Positions 1 to 10,146 of a stretch of 64,000 nucleotides of DNA are shown in pieces (within the stretch, counting starts at the first letter, position 1; every line of letters begins with the position of its first letter). The position numbers and the translations under genes are program-made. The DNA comes from an uncultured Sulfuricurvum sp. (GTDB lineage Bacteria > Campylobacterota > Campylobacteria > Campylobacterales > Sulfurimonadaceae): contig CAZKJU010000002.1 of the NCBI GenBank assembly GCA_964553185.1, positions 1,281 through 65,280 on the forward strand, given 5' to 3'. Under the pieces are notes generated by a model that worked only from the letters and a program-made list of their open reading frames with translations, ran no database searches and had not been told where the DNA came from.

Positions 1-2
1 AT

Positions 3-1217
3 CCTGTACAATCAAATGTCTATACAATGCTAGGTGTACAGGGAACATTCAATCCTCTTTCGAATGTTTTAGTCACGGCGAAAACCGGTATAAATCAGTA
101 CACCAATGATGCCAGTATCTTATTTAATACTCTTGGTACGCGAACTATTGATTACGTTGAAAGTACAAAATATGTTGAAGGTACTATAGAAACATCTATC
201 GGTTCACATCGATTACTTGGAGGAGTTTACATCGGTTTTCTTTCCGTAGACAGAGATCATCTCGATGAAGCATGGAATACTAAGCCTAGTTTATTACTTA
301 CCAATGCCAATAATCAAATAGTTAACAATCCAAAAAGGATCAATAGAGCACTTTACCTACAAGATGAAATACAATTCAATGAAAAATCAACAGCTATCAT
401 AGGTGCACGATATGATAGCTATAGCGATGGACGTGAAGCTCTTTCACCAAGAGTTGGGTACGTATATGAATATGATGATTCAAATATCCTAAAAGCACAA
501 TATTCTAGAGCATTTAGACCGCCAAGCTTTTCGGAACAGTATTCTCCTAATAATGTTCCATTTACGAATAAGACATTTGATTCAGAAATTGCTGATACGA
601 TTGAACTCTCCTACATTTTTAAAACCAAAGATACTTCGATTAAAACAACGGTAGTTAATTCCAAAACGTCAGATATGATCACTTTTCACGATTTTACGTA
701 TGAAACCATCAATCTTGCCACTCCAACAACGATTAATGGACTCGAAATTGAGCTAAAGACAAATTTTGACACAGTAAATATTGGTGCAAATGCTGCTTTA
801 TATAGTTCTCATCGTGGAGGAATAAAACAAACAAACAATAATTATGCACCTAGTGATTTTGCACTCTCCGCAAATTATTTGGCTAATATCTATATGACTA
901 TCAATAGTGACACTTCCTATCCGACTACATTTTGGTATCACTATACCGGAACTAAAAATAGAGTGAGTAGTGCTATGCTTAGTGATAGCGGTACAGAACT
1001 GATGGCAACAAATGGTACTGTACCGGTTCAAGATTATCTTAATATCACCCAAAAAATTGGCAATATCGAAAAAAATCTTGACTTGGAATTTGGTGTAAAA
1101 AATGTTTTTGGAACAACACTTCGAACACTCTATTTTCCACTTAATCCGACTGATGGCACTTGTGATGTTCCGTACATGAAACAGACTTTTTGGATAAATT
1201 TACAGTACAAATTCTAA
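3..1217 (+). CDS. TonB-dependent outer-membrane receptor, C-terminal barrel part (5' end outside window)
   Basis: Frame is open from position 3. Barrel motifs ALYLQDEI, GARYDSYS, SPRVGY, YSRAFRPPS and GVKNVF; ends in terminal Phe (INLQYKF). Confidence 0.9.
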   Translation, partial: PVQSNVYTMLGVQGTFNPLSNVLVTAKTGINQYTNDASILFNTLGTRTIDYVESTKYVEGTIETSIGSHRLLGGVYIGFLSVDRDHLDEAWNTKPSLLLTNANNQIVNNPKRINRALYLQDEIQFNEKSTAIIGARYDSYSDGREALSPRVGYVYEYDDSNILKAQYSRAFRPPSFSEQYSPNNVPFTNKTFDSEIADTIELSYIFKTKDTSIKTTVVNSKTSDMITFHDFTYETINLATPTTINGLEIELKTNFDTVNIGANAALYSSHRGGIKQTNNNYAPSDFALSANYLANIYMTINSDTSYPTTFWYHYTGTKNRVSSAMLSDSGTELMATNGTVPVQDYLNITQKIGNIEKNLDLEFGVKNVFGTTLRTLYFPLNPTDGTCDVPYMKQTFWINLQYKF

Positions 1218-1780
1218 TGAAAAAAATAGATAACAAATTAGTTACTTTAGTCTTCTTATCGATCTTCAATAGTAGCTATTTGTTTTCTTCGACATACAAT
1301 GAAGAATTATTGGAAGTTTTTTCGAAAATTGCTCCCCGTTTGGTAGTGATGAGCAACCAAACCAATGATATTCGTTCGGATATAAATATTTGTGTTGTTA
1401 ATGATCCTCTGGATGATAAATACGGATCACTATTGATCCATAAAATTCAAAAAAACTACCCCAATGGAGTTAAAAACTATAAATTGAAATTGATTAATAC
1501 AAATTATTCGGGACTTAATGCATGTCAGCAAGCCGATATTGCAATTATGTTTGACACAGATGATCAAAGTATAGAAAAAAGTCTTAAATTTTTTAATCGA
1601 AATCGTATTTTGACGTTTTCTTACAATCCAAAATATTTGGAATATGGTGTTGGTGTGACACTATACATAGGAAAAAAGGTTGTTCCTTATATCAATCTGG
1701 ATGCGCTTCAAAAAAATCGGATAGAGTTGGATAATACATTGATTCAAATTTCTAAAATCTATGGGCAGGAAGAACGATAA
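1217..1780 (+). CDS. YfiR/HmsC (DUF4154)-like periplasmic protein
   Basis: ATG at 1217 overlaps the upstream TAA. Signal-peptide-like N-terminus, ICVVND and CQQ cysteines, C-terminal PYINLDAL...LIQISK. Lies between a TonB receptor and a GGDEF gene. Confidence 0.75.
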   Translation: MKKIDNKLVTLVFLSIFNSSYLFSSTYNEELLEVFSKIAPRLVVMSNQTNDIRSDINICVVNDPLDDKYGSLLIHKIQKNYPNGVKNYKLKLINTNYSGLNACQQADIAIMFDTDDQSIEKSLKFFNRNRILTFSYNPKYLEYGVGVTLYIGKKVVPYINLDALQKNRIELDNTLIQISKIYGQEER

Positions 1781-3048
1781 TGCGTGGTTTAAGTATTGAA
1801 CTCAAAATGATTATCGGTGCTATACTTTTTGCTGTTGTATTGGTGGGAGTAGAACGTTATCAGATCACAGATAATATTGTCCAGCAATTTATTGAATCAA
1901 AAAAGTCAAAAAATAGATTATTAATTGATACTATAACCCCTGTCATTGCTTTGAACCTCTCTTTAGGTCTTGATGATGCAAACATTGAATATCTTAGTAA
2001 AATCATAAAGCAAAACCCTGATCTTTTGAATTTTACAATGATTGATAGCAATGGTAAAACTTTATTCTCTTATTCAAAAAAACAAATTTTAAAGCATCAT
2101 GAGAATATAGAAGGTGCCCATTATCTGCACCAACTGATTAAAGATCCTGTTACTGATGAAAATATTGCTATGGTTTCACTCCATTTCGATGATCATGAAT
2201 ATCAGACAATGCTCCAAAAAAATAATGAGGCCACGTTTCGTCTTTTTCTGATTATGTTTTCATTCCTTATCGCTTTCATTTTATACATCAAATCCCAATT
2301 CAGATTTCTAGGAGCGCTTACAGAAAGCGTTTTGAAGTATGATCCGCAAATCAATAATTTGAACCTTAATCAATCGAGCCGAACGGACGAGGTAGGAATT
2401 ATCCATAACGCCATTATTAAAATGGTTGAAAAAATTAATTTTTATTCGAGGGATTTGGAAGATTTGAATCAATCGTTAGAAGAGAAAATACGAGAGAGAA
2501 CTCAAGAATTAGAAAAAGTAAATTTACAATTACAAGAACTTTCTTTGACAGATACCTTGACCAATTTACCGAATCGAAGATATCTTGAAAACCATCTGGA
2601 AGATATTCGCGAACTGAGTAAACGTAAAAAAGTGGTAACTTCAATCATTATGTGTGATATTGACTATTTCAAACTAGTCAATGACAAATATGGACATGTA
2701 GTGGGTGATTTTGTTCTAAGAGAGATAGCGATACAATTAAAAAAGTCATTAAAACGAAGTTCGGATTTCATTGCTCGATACGGCGGAGAAGAATTTATTA
2801 TTGTTCTATATGATACGGATATTGAATCGGCTCAGAAACTTTGTTATGAAATTCAAATGAATTTGAAAAAAATCAACAGGCTTAAATATCAAAACATACT
2901 ATTGGATCCAATTACACTCAGTTTTGGTATTGCCAGTAATTCAGCAAACAAGGAAATGTCGTCCGAAGATTTAATTAATTTTGCAGATCAGGCTTTGTAT
3001 CAAGCAAAAGAAACAGGGCGGGATCGTTTTGTATCAATTTCCAAGTAA
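1780..3048 (+). CDS. Membrane diguanylate cyclase (2 TM, HAMP-like linker, GGDEF)
   Basis: DTLTNLPNRR, CDIDYFK, RSSD I-site, RYGGEEF. Confidence 0.93.
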   Translation: MRGLSIELKMIIGAILFAVVLVGVERYQITDNIVQQFIESKKSKNRLLIDTITPVIALNLSLGLDDANIEYLSKIIKQNPDLLNFTMIDSNGKTLFSYSKKQILKHHENIEGAHYLHQLIKDPVTDENIAMVSLHFDDHEYQTMLQKNNEATFRLFLIMFSFLIAFILYIKSQFRFLGALTESVLKYDPQINNLNLNQSSRTDEVGIIHNAIIKMVEKINFYSRDLEDLNQSLEEKIRERTQELEKVNLQLQELSLTDTLTNLPNRRYLENHLEDIRELSKRKKVVTSIIMCDIDYFKLVNDKYGHVVGDFVLREIAIQLKKSLKRSSDFIARYGGEEFIIVLYDTDIESAQKLCYEIQMNLKKINRLKYQNILLDPITLSFGIASNSANKEMSSEDLINFADQALYQAKETGRDRFVSISK

Positions 3049-3055
3049 GCAGAAG

Positions 3056-3619
3056 ATGAAACTCATTCTTATAGGTTCCTCCACTGGAGGACCGGGACAC
3101 ATCGATAAAATTCTCAAAGGTTTGAAGCAAAATTTTGAGGGTACGATTATCATCGCTCAGCACATGAGCCCCCATTTTATCGAGAGTTTTGCCCGACAAA
3201 TTGGGACGATTTCTCCCTTGGAGGTGCATGTGGTACATGATGGGATGGTTCTTCATCCCTCTAGTGTCTATATATGCAGCGGTGAATGCCGTATTGTCGA
3301 AAATCACGCTCAACTCGTTTTTAACCATCAAGAATCGCATGAGAGCATCTATACTCCCGATATCGATACTCTCTTTAGCTCTGCTGCCTTGCTTCCCTCT
3401 TCATTTAAGCGGTTAGGGGTTATTTTGACGGGGATCGGAGAGGATGGAGCTAGGGGAGCATTGGCACTATTCCATTCTGGTGGAAAATGTATCTTTGAGA
3501 GTGAAGAGAGTGCGATTGTTTATGGGATGCCCAGACGGGCGTTAGAGCTCGTCCCACAAGCTGATACGGGGACGATTTATGAAATCGTTACGACGATTGA
3601 GCGCTTTGGTGAAGAGTAA
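3056..3619 (+). CDS. cheB: Chemotaxis methylesterase CheB, catalytic domain only (no REC)
   Basis: GSSTGG (Ser), QHM (His), LTGIGEDG (Asp), YGMP. ATG at 3056 lies just after the upstream stop. Confidence 0.92.
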   Translation: MKLILIGSSTGGPGHIDKILKGLKQNFEGTIIIAQHMSPHFIESFARQIGTISPLEVHVVHDGMVLHPSSVYICSGECRIVENHAQLVFNHQESHESIYTPDIDTLFSSAALLPSSFKRLGVILTGIGEDGARGALALFHSGGKCIFESEESAIVYGMPRRALELVPQADTGTIYEIVTTIERFGEE

Positions 3620-4452
3620 TGTTTTCGTGGTTTAAATCTAAATCTCCCGCTATCAGTGCCATGGATATTTCCAAGGTTGAGCGTTTTAACGATCCCTCGT
3701 GTATCTATACTTTTTTCACCGATCTCACGGGGATCCATTTCGACCAAAAAAAGTCGATCGTCACCCCTAAACTGATCCGGTTTGCGAAAGAGTATGAGTG
3801 TTACAGTTTTGAAGAGTTGTTTGAGAAATTACGGAGTGATCAGCGGTGCAAAGAGGAGTTGATCAATCTCCTTACCGTGAATGAGACCTATTTTTATCGA
3901 GAGATGGGACAGATCGAATTCGCAGCGAAAACGATCCAAAACGACTCCTCCTATCGGCGGATTTTATGTGCTCCCGGTGCGAGCGGCGAAGAGCCCTATT
4001 CGATCGCGATTTATTTGAGTGAACAGGGGTGTGATCTGAGTAAAATTGAGATCGTTTCCATCGATATCAACACCGAAGTGATTACTAAAGCTCGCTGTGG
4101 CATCTATCCCAATCGTTCACTCTATCGTCTGGGTGATGAGATCAAAGAGCGCTATTTTACCCCTCAAGAAAACGGTTATCGACTCGTCGACTCGATCTGT
4201 AAAAAAGTGACATTCCATTCGTGCAATCTGTTCGATGAGACGTTTTCAAGTTTGGGTAAATTCGACATTATTTTTTCGAGAAATATGTTGATCTATTTCG
4301 ATCAGGAGACGATTCTAAGGGCGATTGAACAGCTCAAAAAAGTGGCATCTTCATCCAAAACCCTCTTTTTTTTCGGTCATGCCGATATTGTGACCAAGAT
4401 CCCGACACTTCATGAACACTACAGCGAAGGGATCAAATTTTATACCGCTTAG
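3619..4452 (+). CDS. cheR: Chemotaxis protein methyltransferase CheR
   Basis: TVNETYFYRE, SGEEPYSIA, FDIIFSRNMLIYFD. 1-nt overlap with cheB. Confidence 0.95.
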   Translation: MFSWFKSKSPAISAMDISKVERFNDPSCIYTFFTDLTGIHFDQKKSIVTPKLIRFAKEYECYSFEELFEKLRSDQRCKEELINLLTVNETYFYREMGQIEFAAKTIQNDSSYRRILCAPGASGEEPYSIAIYLSEQGCDLSKIEIVSIDINTEVITKARCGIYPNRSLYRLGDEIKERYFTPQENGYRLVDSICKKVTFHSCNLFDETFSSLGKFDIIFSRNMLIYFDQETILRAIEQLKKVASSSKTLFFFGHADIVTKIPTLHEHYSEGIKFYTA

Positions 4453-4499
4453 AGGGTATGAGAGCTCCTATCACTCAACACGGCATCAAAGTTTAATTT

Positions 4500-4532
4500 T
4501 GCCACAAAAACGCAACACTAAACGTGGATAAT
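4500..4532 (+). promoter_or_regulatory. Direct-repeat regulator box plus -10 (copy 1 of 5)
   Basis: TGCCACA-AAAA-CGCAACA, 9-bp spacer, GATAAT; upstream of the PAS gene (SD AGGAG, ATG 4558). Confidence 0.7.
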
Positions 4533-4557
4533 GTGGTGATTGAAACTAGGAGTATCC

Positions 4558-5046
4558 ATGGCGGGATTGGAGTTGATGTTCGATGATAAAGATTTTATCG
4601 TCTCGAAAACAGATTTGTCGGGAAAAATTATCTATTGCAATGAAACGTTTATCAATATTTCTGAATACACCGAGAGTGAATTGCTCAATCAGCCCCATAG
4701 TATTCTTAGACATGCTGAAATGCCAGCATCGATTTTTAAATTTTTATGGAGCAAAATCAAGCGAAAAGAAGAAATTTTTGCGTATGTGGTGAATAAAACA
4801 AAATTTGATAACTACTACTGGGTAATGGCTCATATCACCCCTAGTTTAAATGACAACGAACAGATTATCGGGTATCACTCGGTGAGAAGAAAGCCGACTC
4901 AAAAAGCGCTCGATGCGATTAAACCTCTGTACCGTCAACTATTGGTTGCTGAGAAAAGCGGAGGTATCCAAGCGGGAGAAAAACTGTTCGAGACATTTTT
5001 ACAAAAACAAAAAGGGGAATATGATGAATTTATCCTCTCTCTCTAA
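4558..5046 (+). CDS. Stand-alone Aer-type PAS sensor (CetB-like)
   Basis: IVSKTDL.G.I.Y.N..F, PHSILRH.EMP, YVVNKTK...YYWV, GYHSVRR are typical of the Aer FAD-PAS family. Confidence 0.88.
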   Translation: MAGLELMFDDKDFIVSKTDLSGKIIYCNETFINISEYTESELLNQPHSILRHAEMPASIFKFLWSKIKRKEEIFAYVVNKTKFDNYYWVMAHITPSLNDNEQIIGYHSVRRKPTQKALDAIKPLYRQLLVAEKSGGIQAGEKLFETFLQKQKGEYDEFILSL

Positions 5047-6454
5047 ACTACAATATCTCAATATCGCTTCGATCATCGTTTTTGCTATTGCACTGATAGT
5101 TGAAATTATCACATTGGGATTTGATTGGATCCGTCTTTTAAATGTTGTGAACTTTGCGATTGCATGGGCAATTTTTATCAATATTCGAAAAGTTCAATCA
5201 ACCGTACACAAAGTTGCCGAAACCATGAAAGAACTGGAACATGGTCATATGGAATCTCGTATTACCAATATCGATGAGCATGGAGAATTACGAGCGCTTT
5301 GCTGGAATACCAACAACATGATTGATCAGTTGGAAGTCTATATGAGAGACACTTATGCGGTTATTGAAGCTCTTAGCCACGATCGCTATTATCGTACAGT
5401 ACAAGATTCTGGATTAAAAGGCTCATTCCAGCGCTCTGCCAAATACATCAACCAAAATGTTCAAAAGATGCGTGAAAATCATGAAGCGCTCAAATTGTTC
5501 GAAATTGATGGAAAACTGGCTGAAATTAGCAGGACAACGGGCGGACTCGATGTGATCCAACAAGATTTAGTAAAAACGCTCGATAACCTTTCCGATATCG
5601 CCTCTATTTCTCAGCATACTGCATCGGAGTCATCTGAGACCGTTGAAAAGATGGGAAAAATGAGTCAAAATCTCTCGACACTGAGTGAACTCGTTTCCGA
5701 TTCTAATCACGCGATCAATGAACTCTCGGCCAGAGCCAATGATATCAATTCGGTAGTCAATCTGATCAAAGATATTGCCGATCAAACCAATCTTCTGGCA
5801 CTGAATGCCGCGATCGAAGCGGCAAGGGCGGGAGAACACGGCAGAGGATTCGCCGTTGTAGCCGATGAAGTGCGTAAACTGGCTGAAAAAACTCAGCGGG
5901 CGACAGGTGAAATTTCAATCGCCATCCAAACGCTTCAACAAGAAACGATGTCGATTCAAACCGGTTCGGAGTCGATCAATGGTATCGCGATCGATTCGAA
6001 TACGATGATCCAAAATTTCAATCAAACCATTCAGCAATTGAATCTGGATGCTTTGAAAACCGCGTCAGTCGTTCGAAAAATAGAATCGACTGCTTTTGTG
6101 ATTTTGGCTAAAATAGATCATATGATTTTTAAAGCAATGGCGTATAATTCAGTCTATATTCGTCAAGCGGAGTCGAATGTACTCGATCATCAACATTGCC
6201 GATTGGGCGAATGGTATGAACACGGTAACGGACATAAATATTTCAGCCATCTCACTGCCTATAAAGGGATGCTTGTCCCGCATCAAGAGGTGCATCACTT
6301 TGTTAGAGAGATTATGGGGCTGTTAACAGATCTCGATTTGTTGATCGAGAATCGTGATCGTATTGTCGATCAATTTAGTGAGATGGAAAAATCGTCCGAT
6401 CGTCTTTTCAAAAATTTGGATGCGGTACTTGATGAAGCTTCGATCGGAAACTAA
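5021..6454 (+). CDS. Methyl-accepting chemotaxis protein (CetA-like, 2 TM with short loop) with C-terminal CZB zinc-binding domain
   Basis: [38 protein letters not shown] ligands in [11 protein letters not shown] and HQEVH. ATG at 5021 follows AAGGGG. Confidence 0.92.
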   Translation: MMNLSSLSKLQYLNIASIIVFAIALIVEIITLGFDWIRLLNVVNFAIAWAIFINIRKVQSTVHKVAETMKELEHGHMESRITNIDEHGELRALCWNTNNMIDQLEVYMRDTYAVIEALSHDRYYRTVQDSGLKGSFQRSAKYINQNVQKMRENHEALKLFEIDGKLAEISRTTGGLDVIQQDLVKTLDNLSDIASISQHTASESSETVEKMGKMSQNLSTLSELVSDSNHAINELSARANDINSVVNLIKDIADQTNLLALNAAIEAARAGEHGRGFAVVADEVRKLAEKTQRATGEISIAIQTLQQETMSIQTGSESINGIAIDSNTMIQNFNQTIQQLNLDALKTASVVRKIESTAFVILAKIDHMIFKAMAYNSVYIRQAESNVLDHQHCRLGEWYEHGNGHKYFSHLTAYKGMLVPHQEVHHFVREIMGLLTDLDLLIENRDRIVDQFSEMEKSSDRLFKNLDAVLDEASIGN

Positions 6455-6479
6455 ATAATAATGAGAGGATTGAGAAATT

Positions 6480-8654
6480 GTGAAATCTAAAAAATTGAGA
6501 AAACTCTCCTCCGTTATTCGCAACGAATATATTCGCTCGATCGTTTATCCTCTCCTCGTTATAGAACTTACCCTCCTTGTGGCCTATTTTTGGTCTAACA
6601 GTTTCGTCAATACCGCTACCCAAAACGCTTTGATCGATGAAGCAAAAATCAATATCATCGAGATTTCAAAACGTTCGGCGCAAATCATTGATAAAGAGTT
6701 TCGCTCTATCGCCGATACGACCGCATTGTTTAAATCGCGGCACGAAGAGTTTTTTGAAACTTTTAATGAAAACAGCTCGCCTCTTCGTGATTCTAGTTAT
6801 CGGGTTACCTCCGATGGAGTTATCGTCAATGAAAAAAAAGAGAAAGAAACCTGTACCCTTTTTTATTCGAATATCGCCAAAGAAAATCCTCTTCGGTTCA
6901 ATAAAGCGGTAGCAAGCGGTCAGCTTGATCCTTTTTATAACGATATTTTACAAACCAATTCCAATATCGTACAGGTCTATTTTAACGCTCATGATTCGAT
7001 GAACCGGTTGTGTCCGTTTATGGATGATGCTCTCGGGCAATATCCGCATGATATCAATATCCCTATTTACAACTTTTATTATCTTGCCGATCTCAAACAT
7101 AACCCTGACAAAAAAGTAGTATGGACCGATGCGTATCTAGATCCTGCCGGCAAAGGGTGGATGATCAGCGCTATCGCACCAGTCTATAAAGAGAGTTTTT
7201 TAGAGGGGGTAGTAGGAATCGATGTCACGCTCGAAAAAATTCTCCAAAATATTCTCTCCATCAAGCTTCCTTACACGACCTACGCGATGCTGGTGGATCA
7301 AAGCGGGAACATCTTGGCGATGAGCCAGCCGTTGGAACCTCTGATCGGGATCAAAGAGTTAACCCATCATGATTATGAGACCCCCATTACCCAAACCATC
7401 TCGAAGCCTAAAGATTTTAATCTCTTCGAGAAACAAAACAACCACCTTACAAAACAATTGGCGGATATGATCCGTCAAAAATCGGACATTGTCCATGCAT
7501 CGAACGGCTCTGAAAATTACCTCCTTACCCAAAACCGTATCGATCAGACGGGATGGAAACTCATCCTCGTCGTCGATGAAAATTCACTCTTAGCCAAAAC
7601 AACAGCTTTGAAAGAGAAAACGGACAATATCGGTTATGTCATTTTAGCTCTGATGGTGATGTTCTATTTGCTTTTTATCATGCTTATCATCCGCCGCTCA
7701 AGACAGTTTTCGCAAACCATTCTCGATCCGATTCAACATCTGGTCAATGCCACGGAAGATCTTAAAACGAATCTCACAATGGTTAAACTCCGCTATAGCA
7801 ATATTCGTGAAATTGATATCCTTATTGACAATTTTACGGTAATGGGGATGGAACTGAAATCACTCTATGATGAGATGCAGACAAAAATAGATGAAGGGAT
7901 CGCCAAAAACAACGAGACCCAAAAAATGATGATCTATCAATCAAGACTCGCGGCGATGGGGGAGATGATCAGTATGATCGCCCATCAATGGCGTCAGCCG
8001 ATCAATACGATCGCATTGTTGGCCAACAATCTCTATTTTGATCTGGAACTCAATACCCTCAATCCCGAAACAGTCAAATCATCCGTGATGAAAACCCTCG
8101 ATTTGACGCAGGAACTCTCCAAAACGATCGATGATTTTAAAAACTTTTTTCGACCGGACAAAGAAAAAGATACGGTTGCGATGGAGCAAGTGATCGATGA
8201 CGCTTTAGCCGTTGTCGGTAAAACGATCCAATACGGAAATATCACCGTTGTGCGGGAACAAAAATTGGATGCGTTTATTCAAACCTACAGTAGGGAATTG
8301 GTTCAGGTATTGGTCAATATCCTCAAAAATGCCAAAGACGCTTTTGAAACTCAAACCATCACCACGAAAACAATAACAATCGACTACACCGCCGATGAGA
8401 ACGCCATTACCCTCACCGTGTCCGATAATGCGGGGGGAATTGATCCTGATGTGATTGATAAGATATTTGAACCCTATTTTACAACCAAAGAGGAGATGAA
8501 CGGGACGGGTCTAGGGTTGTACATCTCTAAAATTATCATCGAAAAACATCTCAATGGGGAACTTCACGCCGCCAACCGTAACGGAGGGGTATGTTTTACC
8601 CTCATACTTCCCCGTTTTCTACAATCGTCTGAAGAGTTGAAAGAAAGTCACTGA
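6480..8654 (+). CDS. Sensor histidine kinase with periplasmic dCache domain
   Basis: Two TMs; WTDAYLDPAG and GVVGID Cache motifs; H-box MIAHQWRQP, N-box NILKNAKDA, DNAGG, GTGLGL. Confidence 0.93.
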   Translation: MKSKKLRKLSSVIRNEYIRSIVYPLLVIELTLLVAYFWSNSFVNTATQNALIDEAKINIIEISKRSAQIIDKEFRSIADTTALFKSRHEEFFETFNENSSPLRDSSYRVTSDGVIVNEKKEKETCTLFYSNIAKENPLRFNKAVASGQLDPFYNDILQTNSNIVQVYFNAHDSMNRLCPFMDDALGQYPHDINIPIYNFYYLADLKHNPDKKVVWTDAYLDPAGKGWMISAIAPVYKESFLEGVVGIDVTLEKILQNILSIKLPYTTYAMLVDQSGNILAMSQPLEPLIGIKELTHHDYETPITQTISKPKDFNLFEKQNNHLTKQLADMIRQKSDIVHASNGSENYLLTQNRIDQTGWKLILVVDENSLLAKTTALKEKTDNIGYVILALMVMFYLLFIMLIIRRSRQFSQTILDPIQHLVNATEDLKTNLTMVKLRYSNIREIDILIDNFTVMGMELKSLYDEMQTKIDEGIAKNNETQKMMIYQSRLAAMGEMISMIAHQWRQPINTIALLANNLYFDLELNTLNPETVKSSVMKTLDLTQELSKTIDDFKNFFRPDKEKDTVAMEQVIDDALAVVGKTIQYGNITVVREQKLDAFIQTYSRELVQVLVNILKNAKDAFETQTITTKTITIDYTADENAITLTVSDNAGGIDPDVIDKIFEPYFTTKEEMNGTGLGLYISKIIIEKHLNGELHAANRNGGVCFTLILPRFLQSSEELKESH

Positions 8655-9012
8655 GAACAAGAGGCTTGGTCAACAGATGAATGGTTTCAGAGGTTAAAAT
8701 GGAGTGAAATCGGCTATCCTCGTGAAACGCACTGATAATGATGATCGCCTGATGAGCCGAAGAGTTTTGGATCTTCTCGATTAGCTGAACACCGTTCATC
8801 TTGGGCATTTGCAGATCGGTGATCACAATACTGAAAGGGCGTTTTTGATACGCTTCCCACGCTTCCAAACCGTTGGTTGCCGCAGTGATATCGCCAGTGA
8901 AACGGTTCAAAATAAGGAGCATAGAATCGCGTACTGCATCTTCATCTTCGGCATACAAGATGGAGAAATTCGGTATGGCATGAATCCTATTTATAATTTG
9001 GGCTAAATCCAT
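8602..9012 (-). CDS. Single-domain response regulator (REC)
   Basis: ILYAEDE, VITDLQMPKMNG, IISA, LTKP. Confidence 0.9.
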   Translation of the reverse strand: MDLAQIINRIHAIPNFSILYAEDEDAVRDSMLLILNRFTGDITAATNGLEAWEAYQKRPFSIVITDLQMPKMNGVQLIEKIQNSSAHQAIIIISAFHEDSRFHSILTSETIHLLTKPLVLSDFLSTLQTIVENGEV

Positions 9013-9021
9013 ATATCCCCC

Positions 9022-10146
9022 TTATGAATCGATAAATTTGAGGCGAGAGTTATCGCTTCGAGGAACTACGATCGTAAAGCGGGTTTCGTTGCCATCGACA
9101 TTGAGGGTTAAAGAGCCTTTGAACTCCTGAACTATGATCGAGCGTGCTACATGCAAGCCTATGCCAAACCCTTCCCCATCCCCCTTGGTCGAGAAACGGG
9201 GTTCAAAAATTTTCTCTTGAATCTCTTGAGGCACCCCTCCGGCATTATCGTGTACCGACAATCGAATCGATTCATCGCTTAACTCGGCTTTTACCGTGAT
9301 GAATTTCACCTCCGAAGAGGTCGAAGAGGCAAATGCGTCTTTTGCATTGGAAATCAGATTGACTAATACCTCTTCCATATCGGTTTGGTATCCTTGCAAG
9401 AGTGTATCCTCCGATAAGTGAACGAAATTGAGTTGGATTTGGGAACGTTTCAGTTGATCGGCAAAAAAGAATTCTATCCGATCCATCATCTCATTAATCG
9501 AAAAAGGTTCATTTTTACGGTGTGTTTTTCCCATATTAAGGACACTTTTGAGAATCTCTGCCATTCTCTGTGATTGTTCAGAAATGATTTGAGAACTTTT
9601 CTGAACCGAAGGAGAAGGAACCTGCGGATCGAGCGAAGATTGGATGTTGAGATTAATCGCTTCCATGCTGATGAGATTGATCGGCTGTCGCCATTGATGA
9701 GCAACGACGTTGAGTGAATCGACGAGACCTGAGCGATGAGAACGAAGTTTGAGTGCTTCTATGTAATCGAAACGCTCTAAATGGGCTTGAAACATCGGCA
9801 TAAGGGTAGAGAGGAGGGTAGCGTTCTCCATATCATTTTTCGGAAGAGGAAAAAAGACACTCTGTGTTAAAAGCGAAAGGGCTTGGCAGATGTGATCCTC
9901 TTGGTGATTGGATACAACTACGGTGATAAAGGAATCTCCATGCGTTATGGCATTACGGATGACGTCCAAGTGGTCTTGTGAGAAAGTTTCCGTTTCGATG
10001 ATTAAGACAAGCGGATCGTTTTGTATCAGATGGATTGCCTCAAAGGGATAAGATTCGATCCGAAACAGGGTGTGGAGGGTATCGTTCGGGACGATTTTAG
10101 CGCTCCCTTCGTACAGGTGGAGGAGTGTTGGCAAATTATCGATCAT
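9022..10146 (-). CDS. Cytoplasmic histidine kinase with probable pseudo-receiver N-terminus
   Basis: VAHQWRQP, NLISNAKDA, DNAGG, GFGIGL. Start taken as ATG 10146 (GAGG upstream); the ORF track starts at 10173. Confidence 0.88.
   Translation of the reverse strand: MIDNLPTLLHLYEGSAKIVPNDTLHTLFRIESYPFEAIHLIQNDPLVLIIETETFSQDHLDVIRNAITHGDSFITVVVSNHQEDHICQALSLLTQSVFFPLPKNDMENATLLSTLMPMFQAHLERFDYIEALKLRSHRSGLVDSLNVVAHQWRQPINLISMEAINLNIQSSLDPQVPSPSVQKSSQIISEQSQRMAEILKSVLNMGKTHRKNEPFSINEMMDRIEFFFADQLKRSQIQLNFVHLSEDTLLQGYQTDMEEVLVNLISNAKDAFASSTSSEVKFITVKAELSDESIRLSVHDNAGGVPQEIQEKIFEPRFSTKGDGEGFGIGLHVARSIIVQEFKGSLTLNVDGNETRFTIVVPRSDNSRLKFIDS

Noticed and set aside
3056-3619. CheB lacking a receiver domain as a truncation or pseudogene
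   Set aside because: The catalytic triad is intact, and REC-less CheB is known in Campylobacterota.
4913-5046. Programmed frameshift fusing PAS and MCP into a full Aer
   Set aside because: The MCP has its own SD and ATG. The needed shift is +1, whereas the A/G run suits -1. In the paralog a TGA (52885-87) closes the MCP frame two codons before its ATG.
8602-8654. 53-bp convergent overlap of the kinase and REC genes
   Set aside because: The overlap covers only the tail after the HATPase core; this is an ordinary 3' overlap.
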